A DNA stretch of 63,787 nucleotides, the filler included, from Chrysochromulina tobinii (lineage: Eukaryota), in assembly GCA_001275005.1 (NCBI GenBank). It is 8 parts of 8 records of this genome, joined end to end, with 100 filler letters (N's around TTAATTAATTAA, not from the genome) between each part and the next. Parts side by side here need not be neighbours in the genome. Positions count along the whole stretch, not along the records: positions 61,557 to 63,787 come from JWZX01000494.1; 7 more parts are not named here. The stretch is one strand, 5' to 3'. The notes below the pieces were generated by a model. It did not search any database, had not been told where the DNA came from, and saw nothing but the letters and a program-made list of their open reading frames with translations. A program made the position numbers and the translations under genes. Shown in pieces: positions 61,557-63,787 of the stretch. The first letter of the stretch is position 1; each line of letters opens with the position of its first letter.

Positions 61557-63452
61557 CTACGCAAGCCGCCGCGTCCCTGCTCGGACAGGGCGTCGGCGTC
61601 GATGGAGCGCCACCTGTGTAGGAGGCCAAGATTGCTGTGCTGCACGACGGCCAGCGAGCGCTTGAGCTGCTCGTGGAGCTCAACACGTTGGAAAGGCTCG
61701 AGGGACTCGTGCGTGAGCAGGTGGTTGGTGATGAGGGACGAGAGCTCAATGTGCAAGTTCACATAGCGCTGCACGAAGAGAGGCTGCGAGAGCTGTCCGT
61801 GAGGCGCGCCGGGAGGAGGAGCGGTCTCCGCCTGGCCCGAAAGTCCGAGAGCAGGGCCATTCTCGAAGGCTTTGGGAGTCGGCACGCCAGACTGTACGAG
61901 GTCTCCGATCCTCCCTCGGAGATCCACAGCGTCGGACACAGGTGCGCTGTGGCGAGCGCTCCCCTGGCCGGCGTCGGCGAGCGTCGTCCCGAGCGTCTGC
62001 TGACCGGTGTCGAGCGTCGTCCCGAGCGTCTGCAAGGTGCACATCGAGGGCAGCAGCGCAGGATGAGACGCCATCTCCAGTCCACGAGGCGGGCCTCCAA
62101 GTGCGCCCGCGCCCTGAAAGCCAGCGCCCGGAAAGCCAGCGCCCTGAAAGCCAGTGCACTGCATCGATCCCGAGGCAGCGCCCTGAAAGCCAGTGCACTG
62201 CATCGATCCCGCGCCCGCAGCGCCCGGAAAGCCAGTGCACTGCATCGATCCCGAGGCAGCGCCCTGAAAGCCAGTGCACTGCATCGATCCCGCGCCCGCC
62301 GCGCCCGGAAAGCCAGTGCACTGCATCGATCCCGAGGCAGCGCCCGGAAAGCCAGTGCACTGCATCGATCCCGCGCCCGCCGCGCCCGGAAAGCCAGCGC
62401 ACTGCATCGATCCCGCGGCACCAAACTGAATGGCAGCGCCTGGCGTCTGCATCCACTTCGGAGACGGCCCAGTCGGCGGCAGCGCTCTCCCCACGGTCCC
62501 CATGCGAACGCATGCGAATGCATGCGAACGCATGCGCTTGGGGGAGCGACGAGGGACGAACGTGCCACGGCAGAGCTGCAAGAGCACCACGTCGCCACTC
62601 TCGACATGGCGCAGGGAGTACTGGGCCAGCGCCTCCGCCTCCGGAACCGTTTCGAAGATCACGAGTGGCGGCCCGGTGCAGCCCTGGGTCTGGTTGACGA
62701 CGCGGAAGCCGGGCAGGCTCGTGGGCGTCTGGGTCCACAGGCCCTGTGTCGGCCGGTTGGTAAAGACACTGTTGTGCTGCACCTCCAGCACCCCGGATCC
62801 TCGCGCGCGGTACTAGGATGCCCGACGCCGTGCACCTCATGCAGATGCGCTCCTTGAAGTGGATGCATTTCTGGGTCGTCGGCTCGAGCGGCTCGCACCT
62901 CGAGGAGTCGCCGGCTAGCATGCCGCCCCAGCACCTGAAGCCCTCGTCGCTGCGTGCCTTGCCCAGGGAGTCGTTTCCAGAACCTGGTTGCAGCCTAGTT
63001 GCCGCCTCGGGGATGAGAAGTGGTGAAGCCTCGGAAGTGAGGCTTCCACAAGACGCATAGATATGTGAGGCTGTTGAAGCCTGGGAACACGCCCTCGGGG
63101 CATTCAGCCCCCCCAGGCCCCCAACCGGCTGAGAGTCCATAGAATGGGCCGGCGGCAGCGCCGCCCCCTCGCTCTCGGCAACGAGATGCTCGGAGGTACT
63201 CGGATACATCGCGCCAGACGATCGGTTCGTGTTGATCGAGCCGAATCGAGCCCCGGTGCTGAAACCAGGCGAGTCGTTGCAGGCATGATCGCTCGACGAC
63301 AAAAAGACCTCCACGGAGGGGGGATCAGCATCAGACCCGGCACGCGTGGCGGTAGTGCCGTCGTCGTCGCCCACGCTGTTTACGGTATGATCCGACGCGG
63401 ATAGCATGTCAATCCAGCCGATGTACTCCGCTTCCGCCTCCATCTCTTCCAT
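61557..63452 (-). pseudogene. Unknown protein with a Cys-rich domain and minisatellite; +1 frameshift at the C4 run 62791-62794; 3' truncated
   Basis: ORF 61746..63683 (..KCIHFKERICMRC..GILVPRARIR) continues as VLEVQHNSVFTN..FRVVNQTQGCTGPPLVIF in ORF 61505..62791 if one base is removed. Confidence 0.55.
62110..62417 (-). repeat. Coding minisatellite with alternating 36/42-bp units (GSMQCTGFPGAA[GA])
   Basis: GAAAGCCAG(C/T)GCACTGCATCGATCCCG core repeated ~7 times. Confidence 0.92.
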
Positions 63453-63787
63453 CCCAAGACGAACAGGTTTAGCACGAGACGCCTTCACCTTTCGCGGTTG
63501 GGGAGAGACCCAAAGGAAAGTTCGGTTGGGAAAAGACACCCAAACGTCCAGAAAGTTCGATGAACTGAATACGGTACATGTATCGTGGAGCCTGTGTTCG
63601 GGGGGCTTTGGGCCCGCAACGTGGTATTGCTGTTCAACACAACGCGCGCGCGCGCGCGCACACACTCCGGACCCCCAAGCCACGAGGCCACGGTCGCTAT
63701 GGACGGAGGTGTGGCCGACACAGCCCGCGCAACCGCACGAAGCTACCGCCGGCGCGCAGCGAGCCGCCGCCGGAGTCTCCCCAGGCG

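Noticed and set aside
62110..62417. CRISPR-like repeat-spacer pattern
   Set aside because: The intervening parts are two alternating short variants, not unique spacers; it is a coding minisatellite.

Overview
GC-rich eukaryotic (algal/protist) genomic DNA, most consistent with a haptophyte. The basis is GT-AG introns, nuclear-encoded plastid proteins, and Pro-rich and AAAEK-repeat proteins; this taxonomy is inference. The window is eight separate contigs joined by seven artificial 100-nt linkers (N44-TTAATTAATTAA-N44), so adjacency across linkers means nothing. Contig 1 (1-17022): MAP2K, NDR-type kinase, glutathione reductase, bestrophin, an FxDF/DFGGF-motif protein, a TPR/EF-hand gene and the end of a CMC/EnSpm-type transposon. 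Contig 2 (17123-26777): a mosaic accessory region with a GIY-YIG-like/C2H2 fusion, an OTU remnant, a palindrome array, a ubiquitin-like protein, a BTB-Kelch gene whose last three blades lie inverted on the other strand, and an HhH/AADT-like ORF. Contig 3: a stop-riddled coiled-coil pseudogene and an HNH-like ORF. Contig 4: PARP-fold and ankyrin genes. Contig 5: a DIRS-type tyrosine-recombinase retrotransposon fragment. Contig 6: the FNR 3' end, an unannotated box C/D snoRNA cluster and about ten housekeeping genes. Contig 7: a ~415-bp foldback plus a second copy with a flipped core. Contig 8: a frameshifted repeat-containing gene. The best leads are the split/inverted Kelch propeller, introns that begin with a decayed copy of the downstream exon, the snoRNA cluster and the flip-flop hairpin. 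All domain calls are from motif recognition by eye; no searches were run.
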